A stretch of DNA of 64,000 nt from Nageia nagi. Lineage: Eukaryota; Plantae; Pinophyta. The notes below the pieces were generated by a model. That model was given only the letters and a program-made list of their open reading frames with translations. It did no database searches and was not told where the DNA came from. Positions within the stretch are counted from its first letter, which is position 1; every line of letters starts with the position of its first letter. The translations under genes and the position numbers were made by a program. The stretch is from assembly GCA_050084985.1 (NCBI GenBank), contig JBITNC010000002.1:34224001-34288000 (forward strand), written 5' to 3'. Of this stretch, positions 52,691 through 64,000 are shown piece by piece.

Positions 52691-55600
52691 CAAAAATTAA
52701 ATTCAAATTTAAATTTAAAAATATGAAATCGTAGGTATGTGTATTTTGCACATTGTGGGTATATGTATTGTAAATAAAATAATAAAAGGAAATTCAAATT
52801 TAAATTTAAAATTATCAAATCATGAGCATGTGTTTAGAAATAATATGGATGTTTGTATAATTTATAATTTAAAAAGTCTTCATCAACCTAACTCATAATT
52901 AATACTACATAGCTACTCATGTTATGTGATTTTTGCTTTTTAGATTAGTAGAATCTCATCCCTCTCGTTCTAGAAGCTCAAATCCTCTAGTTATGGATGT
53001 GTTTCATCATGCATGTTATCAAATAAGGTCTAGGCTTCCATTATTTTCTTATATATATATATATATATTTACATGCATATCTACCATAATAATTGGCTAC
53101 ACTAATGTAGAATATCGGATCCTCTAAGTATCACAATTTTTCATAATGCATGTTGTTAAATAAGGTCTTGGTTTCTTTTTTTTCTTATATATTTTGCATG
53201 CATGTGTACCATAATATCTATTATGGAGTTGTGATGAGGGACTTTTTCTGTTCATCAAGGAAATAGGTTGTTGAGTTATGATGTTTTCCTAAAAATATTA
53301 GAAACCTAATGCTTGGTTGAGAGTTAAAACTCACCTTTACCAATTTTATAAATTTTACAAAACAACTTACCTCAAAATCCAACTTTTGGGCTATGCAAGA
53401 TGCCATCAAACTCTTAAAAAATTATATTGAACACTCTAAAATAAATTTTATTCTCCTTTCTCTCCCATTTCACTTGTTAGAATGAAATAAATAAGCAACT
53501 AAAAAATAAGTAGCTTGGAGTTGGCAGAGCTGGTTTGGACTTAAAGTTAGCTCAATGTTTTTGTAGTAGATGTTTATATTATTGTTAAAGCTTGTATTCT
53601 TTAGGTATTATATTTCATGGAAATATCTTCCTCTATCTTTATCTACCTATAATTATCTTCCTCTAAAGTTTTAGTTTTTTTTCATGGTTGGCATGCTTGT
53701 ATATGTTAAAAACTAAAAATAAAAACTAATAAAGTACTCAAAATGCTTCAATAACAATCAATTTACTCAAGTTGAATTAACAAGATAAGAATATCAACCC
53801 TTCTAAATGCACCAAAAACTTGACCATTAAAACCCTAACATTGTTAGAAATATCTCATATTCAACAACTATATTACATGACTGTTGAACATAAAAATCTT
53901 GCATATTTCCTCCACTGAACATAGAAAACCTTATTGTATCTTTCCTCTCCATATAGTAAATTAGCATAGATTCATGCAAAAATAAATAAATGTGGGAAAT
54001 TTCATTGTAGTGATTATAGTTTATTTGAAGTGGATCTTTGTATTGTCAATGCAATCTCTTATTATGAGAATTGATAAGTAGTCTTACAGGAATGTTATGA
54101 AATATCTAATGATAGTAAAGAGTGATTGAATTCCAAATTATTTAGAGATAGGATGTTATATTTTTGTGTTGTATCCATAAATAATTTGACTTAGTCATGA
54201 TAATATTTTAATATTGTTGCATTTGATTTAATGTTTGAATAAAAGGATGATGCATATGTTGTTGATCCATTATTTTCATCCCTTTAGATAAAGAGGTGCA
54301 TCTTGAAAGTTGAAATCAATATTCACAATTAAGATAAGGTAGTGTAAGTTAACTTACACTACATTAGAAATCAATTTTTACACTACATTAGAAATCAATT
54401 CTTTATACTAAATGATTTTATTAAGTCATGATTACATTTCTTTTCTAAAAAGAATAGCCATCATCTATATATTGTCCACTTCCCACCTTATCATTACACT
54501 CAGGAAAAAGGGTTATCTTAAAGAAGGTTGTATTTAGACTAGTCCATGTAGTGTGTCTATAAGATTCTTAAGGAACATTTTTTTTTTAATGAAAATATAA
54601 CACAAAAATAGAATAGAGCATGAGAGACACCTATTAACTAAGTAAACAATCTGAATGAAGTCATATAACTTGCGAGGATAAGACCATTTTTGTAAATAAA
54701 AATTTTAGAGTGCCATAATTTGTGTTATTTATCTGGACCATTTTTGTAATTTACCCTAAAACTATATTATGTCTTCCCTATTGAACTCTTTACTAAGAGA
54801 GACCATTGAAATTGTATTAGTGAAAGGTGGTTAATTGTGGTTATTACTGTAGCCATCTAAATATGAATTCTTATTTATTAATAAATTATATTTTAAGTAT
54901 TTAAGCAATATATTATTTAAATCATGCAATTATCTAAAATATAAAGATAATGTGCTAATAGTTTATTAATCATGTGCTAATCCAAACTCATATTTCTTAA
55001 TCATGATTATATTTAAAATTATCTTGAGAATATTATTAATATTTCATATTCTTGTATAATTTTTTTGAGATGATTATTATCATTTCAATGTCAACTCTCA
55101 CTCTCTTTTATATTATTGTAGGTATAAAAGGAGGAGAACAACATAACAACCCCTATTTAATCTCTTTGATAGGTGTTTGTTTACACACTTTAAAATATCA
55201 ATATTTTTGACAACACTTATTTAAGAATTTATTATGCTTTGAGCTTCATATTGCTATGTACTATTTGCACACTTCCTAATACTACAACAAATGGTTCATA
55301 TGGCTTTGGAGATCTACAAGAATGATGTATAAATCATTCTTCTTTGATGAATGGAGTGGCAAATTAAAAGGACAATGAGAAAAGGTTTGATCCAATCCAC
55401 CACATCTCATGGATTACTATCATATCAAGTGCACACTTTCTTCATTAGAACATAGGATTTAGATGAGTGATTGCATTTATACTATAGTCTTTATTTGAAT
55501 TTTTCTTTATTATAATCATTATTTAGAGTCTACATTTTAGTGAAGTCATTTGTGTCTTACAAATCTTAAAATTTTTATTTTAAGGTATCACTTCTTTGGA

Positions 55601-57169
55601 GTTATTCATTGGAAATTCTTAGTTTTTTTTTTTGAACTAATTTTCTTCAAAATAAAACAATTATATTGATTTGAGATCATAAGAAAATCAAATAATTTTG
55701 ATTTTAAGCAACTTTTTTTGCATAAAATCCTATATTTTAAAAATTATTTTCTTAAAATTAGGAGGTTCTAGCATTATAGAGCTACATTTAATTCTTCATT
55801 TTTTGAAATTACACATATCATCATATTCATTCACTTTCTTGTAAATTCTAGATCTTGCATCTTATTATGGCTACAACAAGTTATTTTTATTGTTTATGGT
55901 ACATGCTAGGTGATACATTTGGATTTCATAAAAAATCTTTTAAAACCTAGAGTCATGTTCGTATGATGTAGAATAAAGTATTAAGGAAAAGAAATACTTA
56001 TAAGAGAATCAAGAACATGATAAAGCTTTTGATATTTATTGTAAATGCTTAAAAATGATTTATTATTAATTAATAAATCATATTTAATCATCTCAAAAGA
56101 ATAAATAAAATTATTATAAGAATCAAGAATAATGTGTTATTACAATGTTATATCATGTGTTAAGTCTAATGCAATATCATTAATCATGATTTATTCTAGA
56201 AATATCTTGATAATACAAAGATTATATTAAATTTTGTTAAGTCAATTTTGACTCATTTATTTATCCTTGCAAATTTTAAATGAAGTTGTTGAAGGTTGAT
56301 ATTCAAGGCTATAAAGTCCTCTTAATAAATGATTTTTCATACATCGTCCTACATTTATAGTGTTTGTTATGCTTTAAGGTTAGGTTATTTCATATCTTTG
56401 TTATCTGCCTTCATATTTTAAATCCCACACTATGCACAGAGTACGAGGTCTTCAACCATAGTATCCAAGTCATTACCATTTATGATTCAAAGCAACAAAT
56501 CTGAGAGACATCAAGTATGGATCTAGGTCATTCCAAATTGCATTCAGCTTTATCCTAGGTTAAATCCAATCCTATACATAATTGCAACACATCTTTAGCA
56601 ATGTAATTATAAGATGTAAACCTGTATATGTCGGAACTTACACAACCATTATAGTATTCTTTAATGATGAATTGAACTTGATTAAGTTCAAACAAATGTA
56701 CAGTTTGATTGTGTGATCCGAATAAATAACTTAATTCATGAAGTAGCCTATATCTGAATTTAAGATGTCCTGGTAAATACATAAGCGAATGCTGTCTTTA
56801 GATTATTGAATTATAGGGCCAAGGGGGATTGCTGCGAAAGGAAAAGACCCCATCTGCTCTACACATTTCTGTTGCTGCTGTTTGCCAACAGACTACATCA
56901 TCCCCCTTACAACGCTTTTGTATACGTTATCATCTAGACATTACATGCCCAACAACATTATAAAATTAAAGTGAAGTAACGGATACATTGATGGTAATTC
57001 TTCGCAGCTCTTAAAATATGAACTTCAGTCGTAAAATTTAGAAACACCGAAATGTCTGAATCAGAGACCAATCTTAAATACATAACAAGCATCTTCCTGA
57101 ATCAAGCAAGTCTTAACACGATACAGTGAAGGAGATGCCAAGTTTTAATTTCAATTTCAATTTGAATTT

Positions 57170-57530
57170 ATATTAACATCCACTGCTGACCAAAAGAAGC
57201 TAATAGGATGTTAGATATTAAAGCGCCAAAGATTTATCTGATCCATCGGAGATTTAAACCTGATCCGCCGGAGATTTAGTCTGACTTGCCGAAGATATTA
57301 TAAATCTGTCAAGAATCCGTGGGTAAATTCTGTGTGCTGAAATCACGGTATTTCTGTAAATGTTAGCCTATTTAATGCCCCCCGTGCAATGAAAAATTAA
57401 GCCTTTCGCTTTGCAACTCAGTTAACCGACCTGTTTGCTCACCTAGCCATAATCATCAAGAGTTCTTCTGGACCTTCTGTGCCCAGTTTGCCTGCGCTTG
57501 GCACATACAGGGTCAACATTTTTGTGTTCT
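57170..57530 (+). promoter_or_regulatory. Candidate promoter: CpG-retaining segment with three ~21 bp repeats and a TATA box
   Basis: CpG is visibly more frequent than in the TE background; gattta..ctga..cg.a three times at 57231-57293; TATAAAT at 57299-57305. Confidence 0.35.
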
Positions 57531-57841
57531 TAAGCCTTGATAATCATTCTTTCTTCTTCTTTAGTCCAGTTTTTTACAGAGAGATATATGGACTGAAGAA
57601 GAAAAAGAATGATTGTCAAGGGCCATGCAAACTGGAGCAACAAGTAAGCCGAGATAACCAAGCGCTTTGATCCAGCATAACTGTTGATGGTTCTGTTGAT
57701 GGTTCTTAATATTTTCAGAAATGAAGTAATTCAATCAGTGACTATGGATATATAATACAGCCCTCAATTCCATCATCGCACTTCATCTACCAAATTTGTT
57801 CATTGCTTTTGTTTAAAATAACAGGTGTTTGAAGTTTAAAG

Positions 57842-58557
57842 GCTGGAGATGAGATAAATGTTCTATGTTTTGTGGAATTCGCTGATGCAAAATGTGCTGC
57901 AACTGCTCGAGAAGGTTAACAAGGTACGAATTTTCGTTATGGTCATGGTTCACTACTTATGTCAATATCTATTTGTGAATTTGAGGTTGTGGTACAACCC
58001 GAATTTGATTTATCAGTGCTTTACTGGTTGTCTCAGGATATGTTCTACTAGAGATTGTTTATTGAGTAGTTTTGTATTTATCTTGTACCCCTATTGAATC
58101 ATTATGTGCTCGATCTTATTCATAATTAAAGTGGTGCTTTACAAGATCATCTGTTGTGATATCTGCATTTGGCATTTTTCTGTTGTATACATTTATGGCA
58201 TTTGTTCATTGTTGTGTTTCCACTTTTGTGTGGATTGATATGGTTTCGATTTTTTTCGGAGTAGGACCAATCCAGCTTTCAGAGGATATTTCAAAAGTTG
58301 CTATATTAATCTTTGCAGTTTATTTCAAAAGTCGCTATATTCATGATATTTCAAAAGTTTCTATATTCATCACATGATGATGCTGATATAAGCTTGTTAG
58401 TCAGTATATATATATGTATTTTTTCAACTATTTTGAGACAAAAATTTGATTTGTTTCATGTACAGGATACAAGTTCGATACTGATTTTGAATTCAACAAG
58501 CTGAAGTTCGCATATTTTCCTGGATCTAGACCACCTATGGCTCTTTTTAAGAACTAA
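57842..58557 (+). pseudogene. Truncated RRM gene resembling nuclear speckle RNA-binding protein (NSR); last two exons only
   Basis: Exon 57842-57923 AGDEINVLCFVEFADAKCAATAREG*Q; phase-1 GT-AG intron 57924-58465; exon 58466-58557 GYKFDTDFEFNKLKFAYFPGSRPP...*. Matches the NSR-type motif VLCFV(D/E)F...CA..A..ALQGYKFD. In-frame TAA at 57917-57919; first half of the RRM not found. Confidence 0.8.
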
Positions 58558-61500
58558 TTACCATCTTTCACTTGGTGAAGCTTTAAATCTAGGCTTGAAA
58601 TTATTCCCTGACCCAAAATGACAGGTGCAAATAGCAATGGTAATACACAAAATAAATAAATCTCAGGATTGTTCTGAATAACAATTTTTACTATTGGCTA
58701 GCTTGCTGCAGTAGTACTCGTAGGCTAAAATTTGTGTACTGAACATGTCATCGAACATCTCATCTAACATGAATGAAGTTATTTTGTATATTAGTTATCA
58801 CTAAAAAATTTGCTCACAGTTCGATGTCAGTGACATTTATGACATGATGAGTACTCTGTCCTAATGTTCCTGCATTTTGTCGTAGACAGGATTTAGCTTG
58901 GGTTCTTTCATTGTCTATTTATACAAGTCATATTACTTGCCTTTTGGCAATATTTGTATCTTTACTTGGCTTATTTTATTGAAGGATTTAATATTTTATG
59001 GCCATGCATCGCTTGTTAGAATCTCAACAGTGGAAGCAATTTTTTTTTTTTGGGATGAAAATTCAAGCTACTTGTGAAGCGATCAAATCATTACTGAATA
59101 ATATCAAGCACGTCAAAGTGTTAAATATGTGAATAAGCTTTTTTATTTCTGCTGGTCATGCGAGTTGGATCTCTTAAGATATGAGCTGCTGTTATCTTTC
59201 AGTGAAATTCAATTACAGATTTTGGGCATACATCTTGTAGACTGGAGTGTATATGCTTTAAATTAACCAACACCAATCAAACTGAAGAAATGAAAATTAA
59301 AATCATCTTGACCATTCTATACGCAACTTAAGATGATATATGCTTAACATATGTAATGAATTTAACTGATTGCAAGTATCACTTAAACTCCAAATTATAT
59401 CGCTTTAGCTTCCCAAAACTAAATACGTCAACATAACTGATATTTGCAGGTACTATGTTAACAATCAAATGCCTCAGTGTTTGTACTCTCTTTGAAATGG
59501 GAACATGACTTGTCTGAGGTTGGGAATCAGAATACATTAAATTTATCATTAGAGTATGGAAGGATTGGTTGCAAGAATGGAGTTGAATTGGTCTTTAATT
59601 ATTACATAATCACAGATGACATTGGACTCGTAAGTTTTGAAAAACTCAAAATTGACCAGCGAAGATCTAATTGGTCTATTTATTATTAGATAATCACAGA
59701 TGACATTGGGCTCAGAGTAACGTGTAAAAATGTTTATCATGGTGACAGGATTGGGCGGATCCCTTCTTCAAGCCTGAAAAATACATTTTGTAACAGGTTT
59801 TTGTTTGGGAAAGCAATAGAGAGACATTTCTATGACCTTATGTTTGAGAGTCTTTGTTTGGGAGAATTTTTTTTCGTCTTACCACTATATTATATTTCGA
59901 CTAATTTTTATTCCAATCAAATTTGAGATTCGTCCCGTTTTAATTACATGCCTTGATGGCTTACATATTACAGTCATACAATGATATCATTATGAATGTA
60001 CATGATATAATCAGGATATAACAACTGAAAGAGGTTTATATTCGTACAATCAATTTTATTTTTTAATTTTCTTTATTTAGTGGCATTACATTGAATGTCA
60101 TCAAAATCTTTTTTGAAGTTTAGTTTATCTTGTTGCTAGATTTGCTGATATTATTATAATAGATTTTGCGTTTTCAAGATGGAACTTAAAATATATAATA
60201 AGTAAAATTTGTTACTTCTACAAATGCTTCAGTTGAATCAACATTTGATTCATCAACCCGATCAACGATTATCTCCGATACTTTTATCCATGTCCCTGCT
60301 TGTGGCTCTAGCCAAATCAATATATAAAAGGGGCTTCATTCGAATCCTACTATTAGATTTGGGTGGTTTTTCCCCTCCCAATGTAGGGGCTACATTTTTG
60401 ACCACGAATTAAATCCCCCACAATGATAATGCAATCGATCATGTTCATGCAAGGGTTGCCCTATGGTATTATTTCAACTCTTGGGAAACAAATTTAGTTT
60501 GTGCTTTGATAAAGGGTTCACAGTCAACTCTTTTATTTGATGAGTCAACTTCACAATAAGGGTATTGATTTCTTTCTGTTTCAGTTGAACACATTATTAT
60601 ATCCACAACCCCATGTAAAGCTTCGCGTATTGTTTAGTCAAATTCATGACCTGTCAACTTCATGATAAGCGATTAAATTCAATCAATCAATAGTTTTCTA
60701 AAAGGATGATATACTACATAAGTGACATAAGCTTTCTTAGGAATTCTAAATTTTTGTGAATTATAAGAGAAAATTCATCCTTAAGGTCATTAATGTTAGA
60801 TCAAGAATTTTTTTAGATATCACTTTGAGAAGCCCTTCTATTAATAAGGAATGAGTACATTGTTCTAAGATTAAAGGTTTTTAATCGAATACATATACTT
60901 TTAGAAAAGAGAAGTTTAAGCACTTAACTAATTGGTTGATCATTTTAGACTTTGATATTAAAAAAGTTTATATATTAAATATGTGTTATTAATATAAAAA
61001 AAGTTATAGCAATAATAATTAATAATGGTCGTAAAATATTTTGTTATAATTTTTTTTTTCAAATGAAAAATACTATAATACTATCTTATGGAAGGTGTTT
61101 CTAAGTATTAATATTTGATGCAAGGAGGCAACCCTGCTTTGAAAATAAGGTAGTGGTATTAAAACCATGGAGGTGATTCCTTGTTTTAAAATTTGGAATT
61201 TGATTGATATTAAAAGACATCTTTTATGATTGTTATGAGTTTATATGTTTCTATTATGGAAGCCTTTGACAAGTAGGCTAAGGGTAAGTTTACTTGAGAG
61301 AGGATTAAAAACTCTTATTTGAATATTTTTATTGTACCTAGGAATAAAAAGTATGGACAATATTCTTTATAGGAAATGTGGGACATTTCTTTTATCAAAT
61401 AATGATGTTTGATCCAATCGTGTTAGGGGAGTTGGAGAGAAAGGGAAGTTAAAAACTCTAAATTGGAAAAAGAGAGATCTTAGGTTGAAAACTCTCCCCC

Positions 61501-64000
61501 CTCGCATGTGGTTATCGTATGTCTAATCGATGGTAGTTAGGCTAGCTAACATCGATTGGGTTGGGTGTGACTTCCGAGTAACTTTGATAAAAGAGAACCT
61601 TCGAGATATGTAATATAGTTCCATAGTTAATTCCCTAAAAGGGTAGTTTACCAACAAAAAAAAATAATGATGTTTGTAAAATCACATTACTCATGATGAA
61701 AAACCTTAGTGAATAGGTTGGATTAAGCAATGGTTAATGATATTTTCTTTTATCTTGTATTCTTCTTACTACTTGGTTATGATAGAAATATAGATCAATC
61801 CTTGTTCAATAGGGCATATAAAATGTTACACGAACAATGATTTTGTTTATACTTTTGAATGCACATGTACGGATCATAGAAGCAAACCTATTAATATATA
61901 GGATGGAAAACTAAAAATGAATGATTTATTTTAATGAATGTTGTACCATGTGGGTGATTAGAGATTTTTTTTAAGTGCTTTTGATTGATTCTTTTTATAT
62001 GAATATAATGATTTCGAATATATATATATATATATATATGAAGAATACTAAGGTAATTGAGATAATCATTAATCTAAAAATGTGGCTTAGCATATGTTGT
62101 TCAAATTATATGTTCAATCCTATTTTTTCCATTGACATCATTCTTATGTGGGAAGCATGAAGAATGTTAAAAGTCCAATGTTTGGAATGAGAGACATAGT
62201 GACTTCATTACGATAGGTGAGCATTGTGATGATGATGATACAATAAATGATTAAAGATTGCTTTGAAAAACATTATGATAGGTAATTTCATTACCATAAG
62301 TGAGCATGTTTAGAGATTGCTTTGATAAACACTATAGTACTTGCATGATGGTACAATAAATGATTGATTTCATGAGTAGCTAGATACTGTAAATGAATAT
62401 GGTTACATATATTATCATACATCTATAGTTCTTAAAAGTTTTTTGTTGAAATAAATGAATGTGAAAATTGTGTTTCAAATGGTTTATGAAATGTTAACAA
62501 GAAAGCAGTATCATTGAAAAGTATACCATACAGCGAGGAGTTCACAAATAACTATGTTGATTATATAGATTTTAAATGATTGATTATTGATGCATGTATG
62601 ATAGATATTGCTGATTTTATGTCTTGATAGATGGAAGACATCCTAATAAATTTAAAGAGAACACTCTTTTATTTGTTTTGTTATGCATGTATACAACTAT
62701 ATTGTAGATTATGCCAGGAGATGATTTTCTTGTTTGGGAGTGACACTCTGTGAATGCATAAGATTGTATTTAGGCAATTTAGTTGTGCATACAATTAAAA
62801 AGTGTTGTTATATGATCCCGAATGCTCTTCATATCCCATAAACAACTAGTAAGACCCTATTAGTACAAGAAAAAAATCGTAGATGAACGAGGTGAATTGA
62901 GATTAAGACCTTACCACCTTTGAAGGTTTTATTATTGAAAAACATATTGCATAAAATATAAAACGTAAATCTTATTTTAATGCTTGAAAATATAAACATT
63001 TTATCATTTCAAGTTTATGCTTCAAAATCTAGTGATAAATTTTGAAGTAGGGATTTTATGGACATTACATCATTGGATTTTTTCCCTCAAAGAATGTGTT
63101 TAATACCGTCACGTTGGTTTAGACAAGCAGGTACGCTTCGAGAATGCGCATGCCACTCATTCTTTTCCTGATGGCTTCTAAGTTGAATACAATACTATCC
63201 CATGTGAAACTGTGTAATCCTACATTAATAGTTAAGTCGGGATTGAAAGTATGTAAAGCATAAATTATTCAGTAAATAGTAGCGATTTAGTCACCATATT
63301 TTAGGATTACAGGTCTTTTTCACTTTTTAATTCTTGTGAAAGGAGACATAGTTGAATGTCAAAATGTATGAATGACATTATCAAATATAGATCACAGTAC
63401 AGTGGTAATAAAAATATCTCAGTTTGCCAAAGACAACCACTATTACACCATTTGTAGCTCTGAACAAATAGCACTTCTTGTTTTATTAGGGTTTCTAAAA
63501 ATTTCAACTAGCCAATATATGAACTTCTCTCTTCTCGAAGATGAGTTTTTTCTATCCATGTTAACAATAATCTACTATGGTGACAAAAGGATCCCCATGC
63601 GAAATCTTCATCACATGCGACAACTATGTAAATATTTGCCTCCTATCCAAGAAGCAATAGATCAATGGCATGAATTAAATAATTTAACTAATTCAAGAAG
63701 GGTTAAAACCCAATTATTATAGAAGCTAGATGGAAGTAGAGTGATTATCTTGTTTATGTTGATCACAACAACAGGTTAACCTTCTTTCTTGCTTTCACAT
63801 TGTGTCTTTTGTTAAGCTCAAGCGAAATAGTGCAAAATGTTTAATCTCCTTACCAAAGGTGGGGAAGATGAGTTTTGTTAGAAACAAAAACTAATACAGG
63901 TGATGGAGTTCAATATAATTAATTCTTGTGAGAGTAAATAAACCTCAAGACTACCAGGGATCATAAGTCAGTGCAGTATATATGATTCCCAAATACATAA

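Noticed and set aside
56420-56470. snRNA upstream sequence element (ATCCCACAC)
   Set aside because: Incomplete match, no correctly spaced TATA box and no recognisable snRNA downstream
60300-60360. tRNA or SINE B-box-like TTCGAATCC
   Set aside because: No cloverleaf stems or convincing A-box
61090-61440. Copia RNase H end with PPT-like TTAGGGGGAG
   Set aside because: Protein motifs are too degraded to support a call
45320-62040. Poly-A at ~45320-45341 and (TA)n tracts at ~53050 and ~62018
   Set aside because: Ordinary simple repeats with no associated TSD or element boundary
63372-63722. 116 aa ORF and a nearby minus-strand TGATGA box C
   Set aside because: No recognisable domain, and no box D at a suitable distance for a snoRNA

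Overview
Plant nuclear DNA, very AT-rich and CpG-poor. The repeat families suggest a large seed-plant genome, possibly a gymnosperm (inference). I found no intact host gene. Bases 1 to ~53,000 are a stack of nested, decayed transposons: a hAT transposase, a Tat-lineage Ty3/gypsy carrying a young CRM-type insertion, a second Ty3/gypsy, several LINEs and a copia fragment. The main structural discovery is a ~16.8 kb Mutator-like element (21751-38548) with ~1.1 kb terminal inverted repeats and a recoverable target-site duplication. It splits a gypsy LTR and encloses a spliced MULE/SWIM transposase plus six PLS/E/DYW-class PPR gene fragments. A separate 1.27 kb CACTA element (18894-20164, TSD TAA) also carries a PPR fragment, and two more PPR fragments lie at 45.7-47.1 kb, so organellar RNA-editing-type PPR sequence behaves here like transposon cargo. 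Near 57-59 kb a CpG-retaining segment holds a truncated, intron-containing NSR-like RRM pseudogene. All protein calls are hand translations of degenerate sequence, and boundaries of old elements are approximate.
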